DNA of 64,000 nt from the NCBI RefSeq assembly GCF_009914755.1, contig NC_060926.1, one strand, 5' to 3'. Shown here piece by piece: positions 13,826 to 27,000 of this stretch. The position numbers and the translations under genes are program-made. Within the stretch, counting starts at the first letter, position 1; the number at the start of each line of letters is the position of its first letter. This DNA is from the human T2T-CHM13v2.0 reference genome, Homo sapiens. The notes beneath the pieces were generated by a model. The model did no database searches. It had not been told where the DNA came from and was given only the letters and a program-made list of their open reading frames with translations.

Positions 13826-16186
13826 TTCAAGAGACAGGAATATATTTTTAGCATGATGCCAATAAAACCCCCCACAGCTTGTATTCTAACCCAAATGAAT
13901 TTGAATATATCTGAACTGTGTCATTAAAAAAGGACGACAGTCTCTTTCAGTTCATTTCCTTCAGAAAATGGCTGTGACATACAAAGACAAGGTGGCCAGA
14001 AAATGGCTGTCTACACTCCTCCAGCATCCAGCTACCACCTGCCTTCTCTGTGCAATAAACTCTGAGGGTCAGTCCCCTGTGCTCTTCCCATCTTTTGGGG
14101 CCAAGAAAGAGCTTGCATGGCAGGAGGACATTAAATATTTGTTGAAAAAAAGAATGCATGAATGAGTGAGTACTGGAGTCTAGAAACAGAGGGTCAGAGA
14201 CTGGAGTGTGTTACTCTGTCACCAACCCTGTCTGGAGGAATCAAGCTCAGATTAGCCAATGCTGGTTATCAAATGAGGTCCCCAGGTGAGAAGGGTGGTT
14301 TCTTGCACTACCTTCCAAAACACCAACATGTGACCATGACTTTGTAAAAAAAAAAAATCTCATACCCAGAAACAAGACAGACTAGAAGGAGAGCTGACCT
14401 AGGAGTGATTTTTTTTTCTACATACTTTCTGTGTTTTGCAATTTTTCCACACAATATTCTCTAACTCCTTTGTTCTCATTCTAATCCTGCGTGCAGAAGC
14501 TGCTTTATGACCTGTAATTTAGACTCTGGGATGGATTGAACCAACAGGAGGATGCATAATGTTCTGCACAAATGAACAAGGCTGATAACCCTGGGCCATT
14601 TACTTCCTACGACAGATCAGCAAATTATGAACCAGGCTTATAAACAGGGCTCCTCTGCCTCGAGGAGCACAGACACATACTAAGCTTGCAGTAACCACTC
14701 CAGCACAGCCCCTGTGAGGCTCAGCCCCTTTGGCAACCCAGGCTCCTGTTTATTACAACCAACCACCATTGCATCCTTTCCTACTCCTTCTGCTGAAGCG
14801 TCCCTCCATTCCTTCAAAGAAGGAAAACAAGGTGTGGAAGAGAGAAGGAGGAATAAACCAGGTGCTGGGGACAAAGCAGTTTGAGTGCCCAAAGCCGAGT
14901 CATCTGGAACACTTCAATCATCCAACTTTACTGTACATGCCCTGGAGGGAGGACGGGGGAGGTGGCAGACTATCTGGGAGCTCTGGGCAAGGTATTTGCC
15001 ACCACAACAGCAAATATTAGGTCTTTCTGGAAACAGAGTGATATTGTTATTAAAACTTTCATTATCTGTATGTTTTATGTGAACTGAATTGCTTCTAGCT
15101 AATGTAATTTGGGAGCAATGAGAATGATAATAGTAGAAGTGATAATAATCAATGAAAGCACAAACAGATTTGGCATCTAGGGAAAGTGTGGGGGCAGCTT
15201 CACTGCTGGGGTCTGACAGCGCAGACCCTGAGATTCTGCTCTGGTCAGCATGAGATAGCCCCTCAAGGTCCAGGTAGGATCAGGCAGCAGGCCCAGCCTG
15301 TCCTGGTACCTGTCCTTCCAATACCACTGCCCCTGCCCCCAGAGTTGCTTCCCTATAGAATGTGGGTAATTCCTTCCCTCTCTCTGTGTTAAAATGAATA
15401 TCATTAACCATACCCATAAAGTAACCTAGATTCTTCTTTCGTTTTGAAATTCATCTAACTCTGACATTTCTATGGCTTTAGTGAATGTGATTAAACTTAG
15501 ATGGATGAGACAATTCTCTTCTACTATATAAGCAAAGCTGTTAATAAAAAAAATACTCTATTACATTTTATAAATCAAAGAAAAATACACAAAGTATTTA
15601 CAGATTATCCCAGGCATTTTATAGTGAAGAAAGCCTGGCTTAGGTTGAGAAACTTACATATAAATAATGGGCAAAGCATTGCCCTCTGAAGCTTCTTTTT
15701 CAGATCTGACTACGAGCTTGATATTCTGTTTTTAAGTTCCATTCATTTAGCAAGCTCTTGAGAGACATTTTCAATTCTAGGCCATGAAGGTCAGGGTTTC
15801 ATGTGCACAGAGAGCAACTCCTTCCTCCCTTGCTACTTCAATGGCTTTTTGAATCACTCTACAATAGCTTCAATAACCTCAATGGAAATCTGCAGAGTGG
15901 ATCGTCAGTGATGGTTTGAACTTCCTCCAGATTCCGCACTGATTATCCTACTGCAGTGGCAGCAGCAACACAAAATCACGGCTGTGCCAAGGGGCCTTCA
16001 GATTGGGAAGGCCACATGTGTGGGCTCTTTGGAACTGTGAATCCTTGTGTGTCACGTTAGGAATTTAAAGCACTGTAAAAGAGCCAGAAAAGATTAGACT
16101 ATTTTGGAACTGTTTTCACATTGTTTTGTATGAGCTAATTTTCTTCCTATGTATGCATCTTCCTCTTAGGGTGCAGGATTCCCTAA

Positions 16187-16556
<370 letters not shown>

Positions 16557-16686
16557 AAAACATTTTTAAAAAACAAAATTTGTCATGGAAAACTTCTCCC
16601 TAGGGCCCCCATCACATGCACACACAACTTATTTGTGTAGTTTCATTTTCTGGTTCACAGATTTCCATTAATTTAAAAAACCAGCA

Positions 16687-17022
<336 letters not shown>

Positions 17023-17622
17023 TTAGCTCTGCTGCAAATACACATTTTCAACAGATTTCTCATTTCATCTGAAACACTATAAGAAGTGACAAATGTCAAA
17101 GACAGAGAAAGGTCATCTACTTTGTCTCTGCTCATTTCAAAAGACAGCTGCTTTCAAATATTCTTACGTTCTGCCTCAATGTTAACCCAATCTCCCTTTC
17201 AGGACAGCAAGTAAATGCTGACCCTCTTGAGAGACTTACGTTTTATACAGACTTGTGATTCCAATATATGGAATACTTTCCATGTTGCAGCTGAGCCACG
17301 TGAACCTGATTATGAAGCAGGAGGAAATTCTTTCTTGGAGGAAAAGGTCAGAAGGACCCTAATAGAGGAGTATGTTTCATTTATAGCCAAGAAATAGCTT
17401 AGGCCCTGAAAGAACCTGCATCAAAATGAGTACACATGTCCTGGGATTTGGACTTTGCTGAGTTTCTTAGGTCAAAAGTGGGAGAAGAATTTGAGGGATT
17501 CGCTGAGAGTCCTATCAAAATCAGTTTTTACGTTTCTCTTTATCTCATGTTTACACACTGACTTCTCTGTACTTATGCAAAATCCTGGTATTTATTTTCC
17601 CTTTTCTACTCTTTATTCCTTA

Positions 17623-17916
17623 TTTTATCTCTCTCTTTTTAAAACAGACAGGGTCTCACTCTGTCACCCAGGCTGGAGTGCATGGCACCATCATAGTTCA
17701 CTGCAGCCTTGAACTCCTGGGCTCAAGCAATCCTATTTCAGCCTCGCAAGTAGCTGGGACTACAGGCCCTCATTACCACGCCTGGCCAGTTTTAAAATTG
17801 TTTGTAGAACGACGTCTCACTATGTTGCCCAGGTTGGTGTTGAACTCCTGGGCTTATCAGCAGGCCTTGGCCTCCCAAAGTGCTGGGATTACAGGCATGA
17901 GCTACCGAGGTCGGCC
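17623..17916 (-). mobile_element. AluJ
   Basis: Diverged reverse dimer with J-type gggctcaagcaatcct; tattcctta on both flanks. Confidence 0.9.
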
Positions 17917-17933
17917 TATTCCTTACTCTAGAT

Positions 17934-18136
17934 TAGGGGTGTCCAATCTTTTGGCTTCCCTGGGCCACACTGGAAGAATTGCCTTGGGCCACACATAAAA
18001 TACACTAAACTAAGGACAGCTGATGAGCTTAAAAAAAAATTCGCAAAAAGTCTCAATGTTTTAAGAAAGTTTACGAATTCATGTTGGGCCACATTCAAAG
18101 CCGCCCCGGGCCCAGGCCGCGAGTTGGACAAGCTTG
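17934..18136 (+). mobile_element. MER30 (hAT-Charlie MITE)
   Basis: aggggtgtccaatcttttggcttccctgggccac...ttggacaagcttg; 8-bp TSD ctctagat at 17926-17933 and 18137-18144. Confidence 0.9.
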
Positions 18137-18295
18137 CTCTAGATCAGACATGATGTTAGTGGGAATTCTGACTCCTTCCAATTCCCCTGCAACAAAGTTT
18201 GTACCAGGAGCATTTGGCGAGTGTCCAGCAAGATGTGCCCGTGGATGTGGATCTCCCCAGGCCCTGCCCTTCCCGCACCCTCGGCGGGCTCTTAC

Positions 18296-19976
18296 CAGCT
18301 CCCCTGCGCAGCGGCCTTTTCTCCGCCGTCCTGGGCTCCTTCCTGGGTTCCCGCTCTCCCGGGCCGGCGTCGGGGGGCGCGGGCTGGTGCGGGAGCGTGA
18401 AGCTCTGCAGAAGCGGCTTCCGGGGCAGGGGCGGCTTGGAGCTGAGCGGCTCGGGGGGCCGGGCCTTCCCCTTTCCTTGGTCGCTGGGGGCCCTGGTGCC
18501 TCGAAGGGCGGGGGCCGTCCCGAGGGGACACTTCTCCTCCTTCGGGAGCACGGTCAGCGACCTTTCTAACCGGACCTCGGCACTGTACCTCTTCACACCC
18601 TTCACCTCCTGAGAGGCGCCATCCCTGTATTTGAGCGAGAGGGAGGTGGACCGGAGCTTGACGGGGAAGGGGTTTCTGTCCTCACTCGGGGCCGGCTCCT
18701 GGGCGGCTGGGCAGGGCTCTCTCGTGCCGGGCGCGGCGGCCGCCTCCTGAGGGCTCTTGCGCGGCCCGGCCGGGCTGGCCGCCCTGTCCCCCGAGTCCTG
18801 AGGGCCGCGCTCCGCCAGCTTCCGAGGGCCAGGTTTCGCGTGCTGGGGCTCGGGGAGACCCTGGAGGTCGTCAAGAGCCGCCTCGCTCCTCCAGACCGGG
18901 CCGCTCCTCGCGAGGGGCAGGCGGCCGCTGGCCCGTTCCAGCGGGCGGGAGACGCCCGGACGAGGCCGCGCTCGGCACGAGGACACCGAGAACTTCTTCG
19001 CGCCTCGCAGCTCGGCACCGCCCCTCTCCGCCTTCCGCTCTGGCGCCGCCCTCTCGGCGCCCGCCGGTGGCGCCTCGGCTCGCTCGGCCTTGGGGCGCTC
19101 CGGGGCGGCGGCCTCTGCGTCGAGGGAACCGGGGCCGGGCTCCACCGGGGGAGACTCCGCAGCGGCAAGCGGCGGGGACGCGGCGGGGCCCTCGCTGGCG
19201 GCCGCGGGCCGGTGTTTCAGGCAGCTCTTGGGCGCCGGCGGGCTCGGGGCGGGCGCCGTGGAGGGCTCGGTCCCAATTCTCTCGGGCTCGGTCCCCGCTC
19301 CTCTCTCGGGCTCCGTCTCCGCTTCTCTCTCGGGCTCAGGCGCCGGCCCTGGGGGCCCCTTCTCCTCATCCGGGAGCACGGGCGGCGTCGGCTCCGCTTC
19401 CTTCGGGACACTGCGTTCTGGCCCGTCGCGAGCAGAGGGCGCCTCTGAGGTGGCGGCGGGGTCAGTCTCGGGGGGAGTCGTGTCCCCCTCAGGGATGGCG
19501 GTGGGAAACGGGCTCGCGACGTCTTCGGGAGCACAGACCACCTCCTCCGCCTTGTCCGTGGCCGGGGCACACGGGCCTGCGGGGGGCGCCTCCCCATCCT
19601 GCTTTCCGCCGTCGGGACCGGGATTCGGGGGGCCCTCCGGCGGGGACGGGGGCTCCACGCGGAGAGTGGGGGCCGACTCGGGCTCGGCGAGCTCCGGGGT
19701 GGCCGGGCGGCTTGAGGGGTCCTCCCCGGGGACGCCCCCCTCCTCCACGCTGGCCGTGAGCGCGGAGGAGTGCTGCAGGCGGGCGCGTCTGGCACGGGCC
19801 CCTCCGGGTGGCGGCAAGGGCGCCGGTGGCCCAGGCTCAGGGCCTCTGTCTGGCGCCACGTCCTGCTGCCCAGAGCTGGGGCGCTCTTCTGGGCTGACTT
19901 CCAAAAGTGGCTTCTCCTCGTTTTCCTCCTCCTCTGGGGTGCACGTCAGGTCGCTCAGGGATTCAGACTGAGCGCG
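18296..19976 (-). CDS. CRACDL: CRACDL coding exon 6, large Pro/Ala/Glu-rich disordered region (RAQSESLSDL...KRPLRRGA)
   Basis: tttctctcag|CGCGCT...GGAGCTG|gtaag; 1681 nt; covered by the 582-aa ORF 18156..19904(-). Confidence 0.96.
19263..19337 (-). repeat. Coding 24-bp tandem repeat (EPER-xxxT units)
   Basis: tctctcgggctc at 19278, 19302 and 19326, plus a partial fourth unit. Confidence 0.85.
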
Positions 19977-22749
19977 CTGAGAGAAATAAAGATAAAAAGC
20001 ATCGTCGCTATAGCCAATTCCAGGAAGCCTGTCACCTCCCCACTTTTTTCAAGGCTTATAATGGTTTAGTGATAGCAGCACTATAAAGCTGGCACTTAAG
20101 TAGGCATGTACCCACGGGTGTCTTTTCTCAGTCTGTATCCTACTGGTCTACTTGGGCTCACAAGTTTATCAGGACAATGGCAGATATGCCTCCAAAGTAA
20201 ATGTCTACAGCTCCTCTGGCAGAGCCTCAAAACCAGTGGACTAGAGTAACGCCAAGGGAAGGCGACCAACAGCAGCCAGTGTCTGCTATGCTCTGTGCTC
20301 CCACACTTGTTATTTCATTTAATCTTCCATTCATCCCAGTGAGGAAGGGATGATGAGTCCCTTTTTGCACTTGAGAGCCAGGAACTCAGAGAGGCCAATA
20401 CCTTGTTCAAGCCTGGGCAAGCAGGTGGCCGAGCTGAACAGCTGGGACTCTATGGCTCTGTGTTCCTCCCAGCCAGTCTCCCATGTCAACACTTCAGGAA
20501 TGTACCCTCATAGTAAAGCCAGACTGGTTTTCCTAAAAGATGGCTCATATCATGCCAATAGCTAACCATGGCTTATAGGATAAAACCAAAATTTTCAGCT
20601 AAATTTAAAGTCCTAGATTCTCTGGTCTTAAGCCGTTTCTTCCACTCCCTACTCAGGTCAAACCAAGCCCTCAACACTGTGCCAGACACTTGGTCTGAGT
20701 GACTGTCACCTCCCCACTCTCCCCCACCCCCCTGCCCCCAACCTCCAAGATACTCTACCAGGGCCCCCAAGGACTATTTCAAACTCTCCCACTCTATGCA
20801 GTTTAAGATTCCCCCCTTCTCTGGCCTCCTGAAGCCCTACTGGCTTGGCAAACATACAGTGCCTTGTGATAGTCTTCTTCTGAAAGACCTCTAGAATTCA
20901 GATTCCAGTCCAACTTCCTCCTATTGTCACAAAGTCAGTTCCTGCTCTCTCGGGAAGGAAAGGAGCTCCAGGTAACCAAGAATCATTCAAAAGTAACATG
21001 TGGAAATGACGAAAAGGTTGATGGTGTAGAGACTGATCTTTTAGAAAGTTTGTGATATTAGACACCAAGAGTCACCCAGGCTATTGCTCTCTCCTTCCCC
21101 TTTTCTAAAGCAGGAACTGTGACAGGGTATGTTTGCAATAGGTTTTTCTTCTTGCTGTTTGTTATTATTTTAACATTTTTCATGGCATCTGCTTGCTAAT
21201 AGAATATAGGATGCCTGGGATGTTTGTGACAATACCTAAGCAAACTCTTGCCAAAATGCACAATCCTATTCTTTTGGATTTAAAAAGAGGAAGAGGCACA
21301 AAGAAAGCTACAGAAGAACTTTCAAAAGCTGCAGGTTCTTTACTTTGCCATGTTGATGGCCTTCTGCTACTACAGGAAACTGCTGATGTTGAAACCTCTT
21401 TAGGATGGAGGTCACCTTTTAAAACTATCAGTCACAGAGCCCACACAAGGCAGCAGAGGGGGCAGCATGGCTGTTCTTTCCCATCCTGGGAGCATTTAGG
21501 GAGCATCTGAAAGCACCTTGATCCCTGAGAGGGGCCAGGCCACAAGGAAGGTCCTTATGGTTGGGAAGAGGGACCTCATGACCAACGGGCAAAGGGTGCT
21601 ATGGACACTGAAGGACAGAGGCCCCCGGCATCATAGGTTCCACAACAGTGGATGGAGGAAAATATGGACACCTCTGAGAACTTCAGATATCCATGCCCGC
21701 TCCTTACCAAGCAGGGAAGGGGAAAAGAGGGAAAGACCATGGATGTGACAGAGTTGAAATCAAGGAAAGGCTGTTTACCTGTTTGCCCAGGCTGGCTACA
21801 TCAGGTTTTCTGTTATTCTACAAAGTGGGATTCAAGAACTAAGTCAAGTTCAAATGTAAAGAAAGAAGGATATAAGCCCTGCCCAGATGGGAGCAAGAAG
21901 GGAGGCTGTGTTTCCACCTGGAATAGACACCACGCTTCGCTCTGTCACCAAGTCCTGGCCAGGTTGTGGCTGGCTATAAACGCCCTGGCCAGAGCCAAAG
22001 ACATCCCCGTGGGATTCATAAATCACAGACTTGAGGGCCAGAAGGGAGCAGGCCCTGGCCCTGTAGTCTCATTCAGCACGAGTACAGGCAGGTCTTGAGT
22101 GACCGGACCTTGTCACACTGACACAGCACACAGCCTTTAACTGTGCATGCACTGGACACACACACCTAGGCACAAGTATCCTGGTTCCTAGCTGGCACAT
22201 CAGCCTGAAGGTAACTCACCTTTGCTTCTTCCTCCAGCATTAGTCCCCTCAAAAGTCTACTCTGCTGGCATGAGTTTAAAGAACACCTTCCATATGCCCA
22301 AAGGAAAACTCACTCTCTTCAGGGAGTTGCTGAACTCCTGAGTGGCCCTAGCCCAACTGTCTCCAGCTGAGGCACCCAGCTTGCCCTGGGTACTTCACCA
22401 ACACACCACAATCATGTCATGAGGGAAGGACAGAGGACATTAGCCTGTGAGCATCTCTTTATCAGCACTGTCATTCTCTGTGGCCAGGCTGGTCCCCACT
22501 CCAGGGGGGACGCGTTACAGTGCCCGTCAGGTAGGGGAGAGGGAACAACCCTATGTGAACCTCGAACCTGCCAGTAAATGAAGCCAAAGTATTCCATGAG
22601 CCAGTTTCTCAGCTTCTAGGACTAGGAGGTAACGACACCCTGAGGCAGCACACCCAAAGAGGGGTCTGTCTTTCCGAGGCATGCTCCCCATGCTACTGAG
22701 TAGGCCCTCATCCAAGACAGTTGTCCACGCTAGTGTTTCAGCTTCTTTC

Positions 22750-23260
22750 ATTCACTCATTTGTTAATTCACTCATTTGTTTGTTCAGTGGTTCATCCATT
22801 CAACAACTCTGTGACTAGAAATGTTCTAAGGGCTGAAAATGCAGCCAGGACAGGGTCTCAAAGAAGACTGGCAATAAGAGCACATCCATTTACAAAGGTC
22901 ACTTTGGCATGTGGCGAGTGTTCTGAAGGAAGTGAACGGGCAGGGTGAGTTTTTCTGGGGGACTCTCAGGCCCCAAGGCTGGGACACAGCAGCACCAAGG
23001 CCTGAGGCTAGAGGCAGCTCTTGAGCTCAAGAGGCAGAAAGGTGGCCAGAACGCTGAGTGAGAAAGAAGGTAAGAAGCCTGGGGGGTAGGCAGGACCTGA
23101 TGTGCCAGGCCTGGAGCGTGGACTTTCCTCTGAGTGCAGGGGGAAGGCAACCAGTATTCAGTAGTGAGTGTGTGAGGAATGACGGACAGACGGATGGATG
23201 AATGAATGGAGCATTTCTGCAAGGGAGAGACAGATCTGGTTTATGTTTAAAAAGATGAGC
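22750..23260 (-). mobile_element. L2 3' fragment(s)
   Basis: cattcactcatt...cattcaacaa tail and cagatctggtttatgtttaaaaagat. Confidence 0.55.
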
Positions 23261-23414
23261 AACTTCAGCTCCTGCAGCATGGCTCCATCAACTGTGGGGT
23301 GCTCAGAGGGGGCATGAGACCCTGTGTGGGGGAGTGAGGCAGGTTGGGGGGGGGGCATAGGGGGGTGCCAAGCCTGCCTGGCCTGCCTCTGTGTGGAGAA
23401 GGAAACCCAATTAC

Positions 23415-23609
23415 CGATGAGAGCCGCCTCATCTTACTCGACCGCTGGTTGCGGGGCTTGACCTGGAGCTTGTGCTTAGCTGCAGAGTTGTCCAGGCAGG
23501 AGGAGGATTCTGCAGGATAACTGAAGTCAGCCACTGGTGCCAGGCTGTTGTCTGAGATCCGGGCAGAGACGGTGCTGTCGCTCACGTGGTCTGGAGACAC
23601 GACAGAGAC
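23415..23609 (-). CDS. CRACDL: CRACDL coding exon 5 (VSVVSPDHVSD...LDNSAAKHKLQVKPRNQRSSKMRRLSS)
   Basis: tgtcccacgaag|GTCTCT...TCATCG|gtaatt; 195 nt, phase 0-0; peptide visible in ORF 23265..23843(-). Confidence 0.94.
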
Positions 23610-23746
23610 CTTCGTGGGACAAGGAACAAACACACGGAGCATGAACTTCACCGTGTGAAATAAGGACGACCAACGCAACAATGCTCTTTTCTGCCCAGGC
23701 TGTCTTCCCACACTGTCTCTGGCTTTACGTGTGTGGAAATACTTTC

Positions 23747-24029
23747 TTTTTTTTTCCCCCAAGATGGAGTCTTGTTCTGTCACCAAGGCTGGAGTGCAGT
23801 GGCGTGATCTCTGCTCACTGCAACCTCTGCCACCTGAGTTCAATCATTCTCCTGCCAAGTAGCTGGTATTACAGGCACCTGCCACCACACCCAGCTAATT
23901 TTTGTATTTTTAGTAGAGACAGGGTTTCACCATGTTGGCCAGGCTGGTCTTAAACTCCTGACCTTGTGATCCGCCCGCCTTGGCCTCCCAAAGTGCTGGG
24001 ATTACAGGTGTGAGCCACCGCACCCGGCC
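23747..24029 (-). mobile_element. AluS, about 140 bp upstream of the coding exon 5 acceptor
   Basis: Reverse dimer; TSD aatactttc at 23738-23746 and 24030-24038. Confidence 0.93.
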
Positions 24030-27000
24030 AATACTTTCAATTTGATTCTCAACAAGGAGGGGTCTAGGATCCTTCTGGAGAAAGGTAAATGGCTGGGAGT
24101 TTAAAGTGTGGGGCCAGCTCCTGGAAACCAGCTACTCTTTCCCAAGACCATGCAGAGAACCTGTGTCTCAGGCTCCCCTGTCACCCTCCCATGGTGGCTG
24201 GCACAGGCACTTCAGACAAGAGCTTTCTCTCTCAAAACACACCAGCCTGATTTGTCCAAGGGCACAGTCACCTGGTCCTGTCTCTGGAAGCTGAGGGGAA
24301 GGTTCAGAGGTGTGACTTTAGAGGCTGGGGCGCAGGAAGTGCAAAGCCCACTGCCCAGTATTCCATCACTGGAGCCCTGTTGGTTCAACCTAGAAGGTCT
24401 CTGTGTGCTCATGTATCCTTTTGAAGAAATCTGGCTGGACATTGCCATCTGTTAAGTTACAGGTATTTTACTCATTTATACTTCAGCACGGAAGAACTGA
24501 TAGCAAATGGCAAACATGTCACCTGGGACAAAGGGATGCTGGCAGTCATGTGAAAGAATGAAGGCAATACCCGCAGATCCCTGCCCCCGAACTTGGCCAG
24601 CTCCACCACTGAGTGAGGTCGAAGTGGGCTCCCCTGCAGACACAAGTTGGGATGAAACTCGGAGCGCCTGTGAGCACGTGCAGCCCAGATGAGGGGCGAG
24701 GTGCACAGGGAGACTCTAGGAGGTGACAGGCTTTTCGTATAACTCTGTGATCTTCAAGCAAGCCTTCTATTCGAGCACGGTGTGCAATATTAGTGTCAAG
24801 TTTCCATTTAACTTAAGAATAGAGTTTTATTCACACAACAATTCAGTAAGCCCTCATGAAAACAGTGAATGAGGCAATGAGACAACACACCAGTGCCGTC
24901 CCCAGTGGCGAACTCCTAGGGTCATGGGCACATCCGCTGTTTCTTTTCTAATAACCCTGGGACCCCCACACAGAGCAGGTGCCCAGCAGCCTTTGCTAAC
25001 CCGGACAGGGAACCATAAGGATGATCGTACTGGTGAGATGGGCTTCGATACGGGAGGAACAACCTCTTCTTGTTCATGTGAAGGTCTCTCCTATTTTCCA
25101 ATAAAAGTGTAAGTTTATCTGTGTAAACAAGGAGGAGATAATTACTAAAATGGGGGAAAGGGGGCTAAAAGTGGACATAATCTATTTGAATTCTCTTTTA
25201 GCTACTCAGGTACTTACGGGAATAAAGCAATAAAAATTATGTTAAAAATAAGCCGCAAGTCTCCTGGCAACAAGTACATCTGTGCCTGTGGCTTTGGCTC
25301 TCACTGTGGTCACTGACAACTCAGGAAGTCACCTTAGATTGGGAAATCGATACCTTTCCCAGAGAGTCTTCCTTAAAGGTCACAAACAGGATGTGTACAT
25401 TTAAAAATAAGCATACAGAATCTGTAATATTTACCCTTGTCTAGAGGAACAATGTATAAACATTTGGTTAAAAAGAAAATCTCACTGCCTAGGACTCATG
25501 AGAATAGACAAGATCAGCTGCTTTGCAAGTGCAGTAAGAATGATCACGGTGCCTGTGACAATAATACCCCTGACCACTCCTCTTTATAGAATAAAGCCCA
25601 ATACCCTGAAGGCTCTGAAGGATGCACAGCAGGACCTCCTCCCTGTGGGCCGCCCTGCGTCTGTCCTGCTTGGGCAGATGTCTTGGGCTCAGGCCCACTG
25701 TGGCCCCTGGTTAGGGGACCTTGGCATGGAGCTTAACTTCCCTGACCTGTGCCCCAGGTACAAGCTCTCCCTAACTAGGGAACTCAACTCCTCTGGCCTC
25801 AGAACTCTCACTTCTGTTTCCACTGTTGCTCTGAGAGATCTTGGGGTCCAGAAAGACCCTCATCTTCATGACCAAGGAGAATTGTGTCTGTTGCTGATCA
25901 GTGATGTAACTACGTGAGGTGGTTTGGGGCCCATGGGGAGGAGGTGAGGGCTGGGAAGCTGGCTTCATGGGAGGGCTGGCAGCATCCAGAACATTCAGCT
26001 CTGCATGGCTTGCTTCCAGTCACCCAATTTTTCCTAAAATCTGTGATTCTGGATGATTCTGAAAGCAGAGGATTTAAAAGTCTAGCATGTGTCTCTCTGT
26101 TGCAGGGAAGGCAGCTCAAAGGACCCAAAGGAAACAGCTGGGGTCAGAAGCTTTTCATGGGCGGCCCTGAGTGACAGGTGCTTTAGGATGTGTGTCCTCA
26201 AAAAGAGGGGCTCAGCCGCTGAGGAGTGGGCTGGGGGCAGTGCATGCAGGAAGGACCACTGGACAGGAAGCAGGGGGGCCTGGCTGTTCGAGGGGTGAAA
26301 AGAAGCCGCTGGTCCTGCTGGGAAGGAGAGGTGCTGATCTACCCAATCTCATCTCATCCCCCCAAAACCCTCTGAGCCAAAACCCTCTCAGGACACAGAT
26401 TCTAAGAGGTGATAAGCCTGCGTGAGGCCTCCCTCCGGAGCTGTGGGGCATGTATTTGTTCATTTGCCACCAGATCTGTGTTCCCTCCCCATCTTCCCTT
26501 CCCGCATCACCAAGGAGCAAAATGACTCATTGGCCTTGCCAGTTTATCACACTCTACCTGGCATGTCCTGCTTCATAGCAGGACAACTAGAATATGACCA
26601 GTTAGACATCATTTTATCTTAAAAACCACCAGGTAAACTTTCATCAGTTGTTATCACACTTGGTGATAAAATTTGAAAAATTATTCCATATATTTCCTGA
26701 AAAACTTATTCTATCAGGAAATGTCACCTTGGTTATAACATCAAATACTTGGTACTAAAGACTCTTTTTTCCACAATAATCTTAAAGTTTTCTGTCTATG
26801 TGGGCCTGTGTGTAAGCCTGTGGGTCAGTGTAAGGTATAAACAGTCTGCAGCCCATACTTTTGGGGCTTAAGGCACTATTACATCAAATACCACATATTC
26901 TACAAGCCCATTTTAAAGGGTGTGTTGTTTTTCCCTCTTAATCAACCAATTATGCATAAAAACTTTCAGGCCTCAAAATGCAATCATTGTGTCTTCAAAA

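Larger units (their letters stand above)
18090..20010. promoter_or_regulatory. Intragenic CpG island overlapping coding exon 6
   Basis: About 1.9 kb of very GC-rich, CpG-dense sequence, in sharp contrast to the CpG-depleted flanks. Confidence 0.88.

Noticed and set aside
15690-15960. Coding-looking unique sequence, possibly a pseudogene or ancient LINE remnant
   Set aside because: All frames I tried are interrupted and I recognised no family.
18156-19904. The 582-aa ORF as a stand-alone single-exon gene
   Set aside because: It starts at a TTG inside the exon and reads through the donor at 18296; it is an internal CRACDL exon.
18081-20069. Long overlapping or antisense ORFs (293, 230, 202, 192, 188 and 162 aa)
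   Set aside because: Shadows of a very GC-rich coding exon that is depleted of stop codons; low-complexity G/A/R/P products, several starting at non-ATG codons.
20710-20740. C-run cluster (minus-strand G4 motif), and G runs at 23328-23366
   Set aside because: Common in GC-rich introns, with no additional support.
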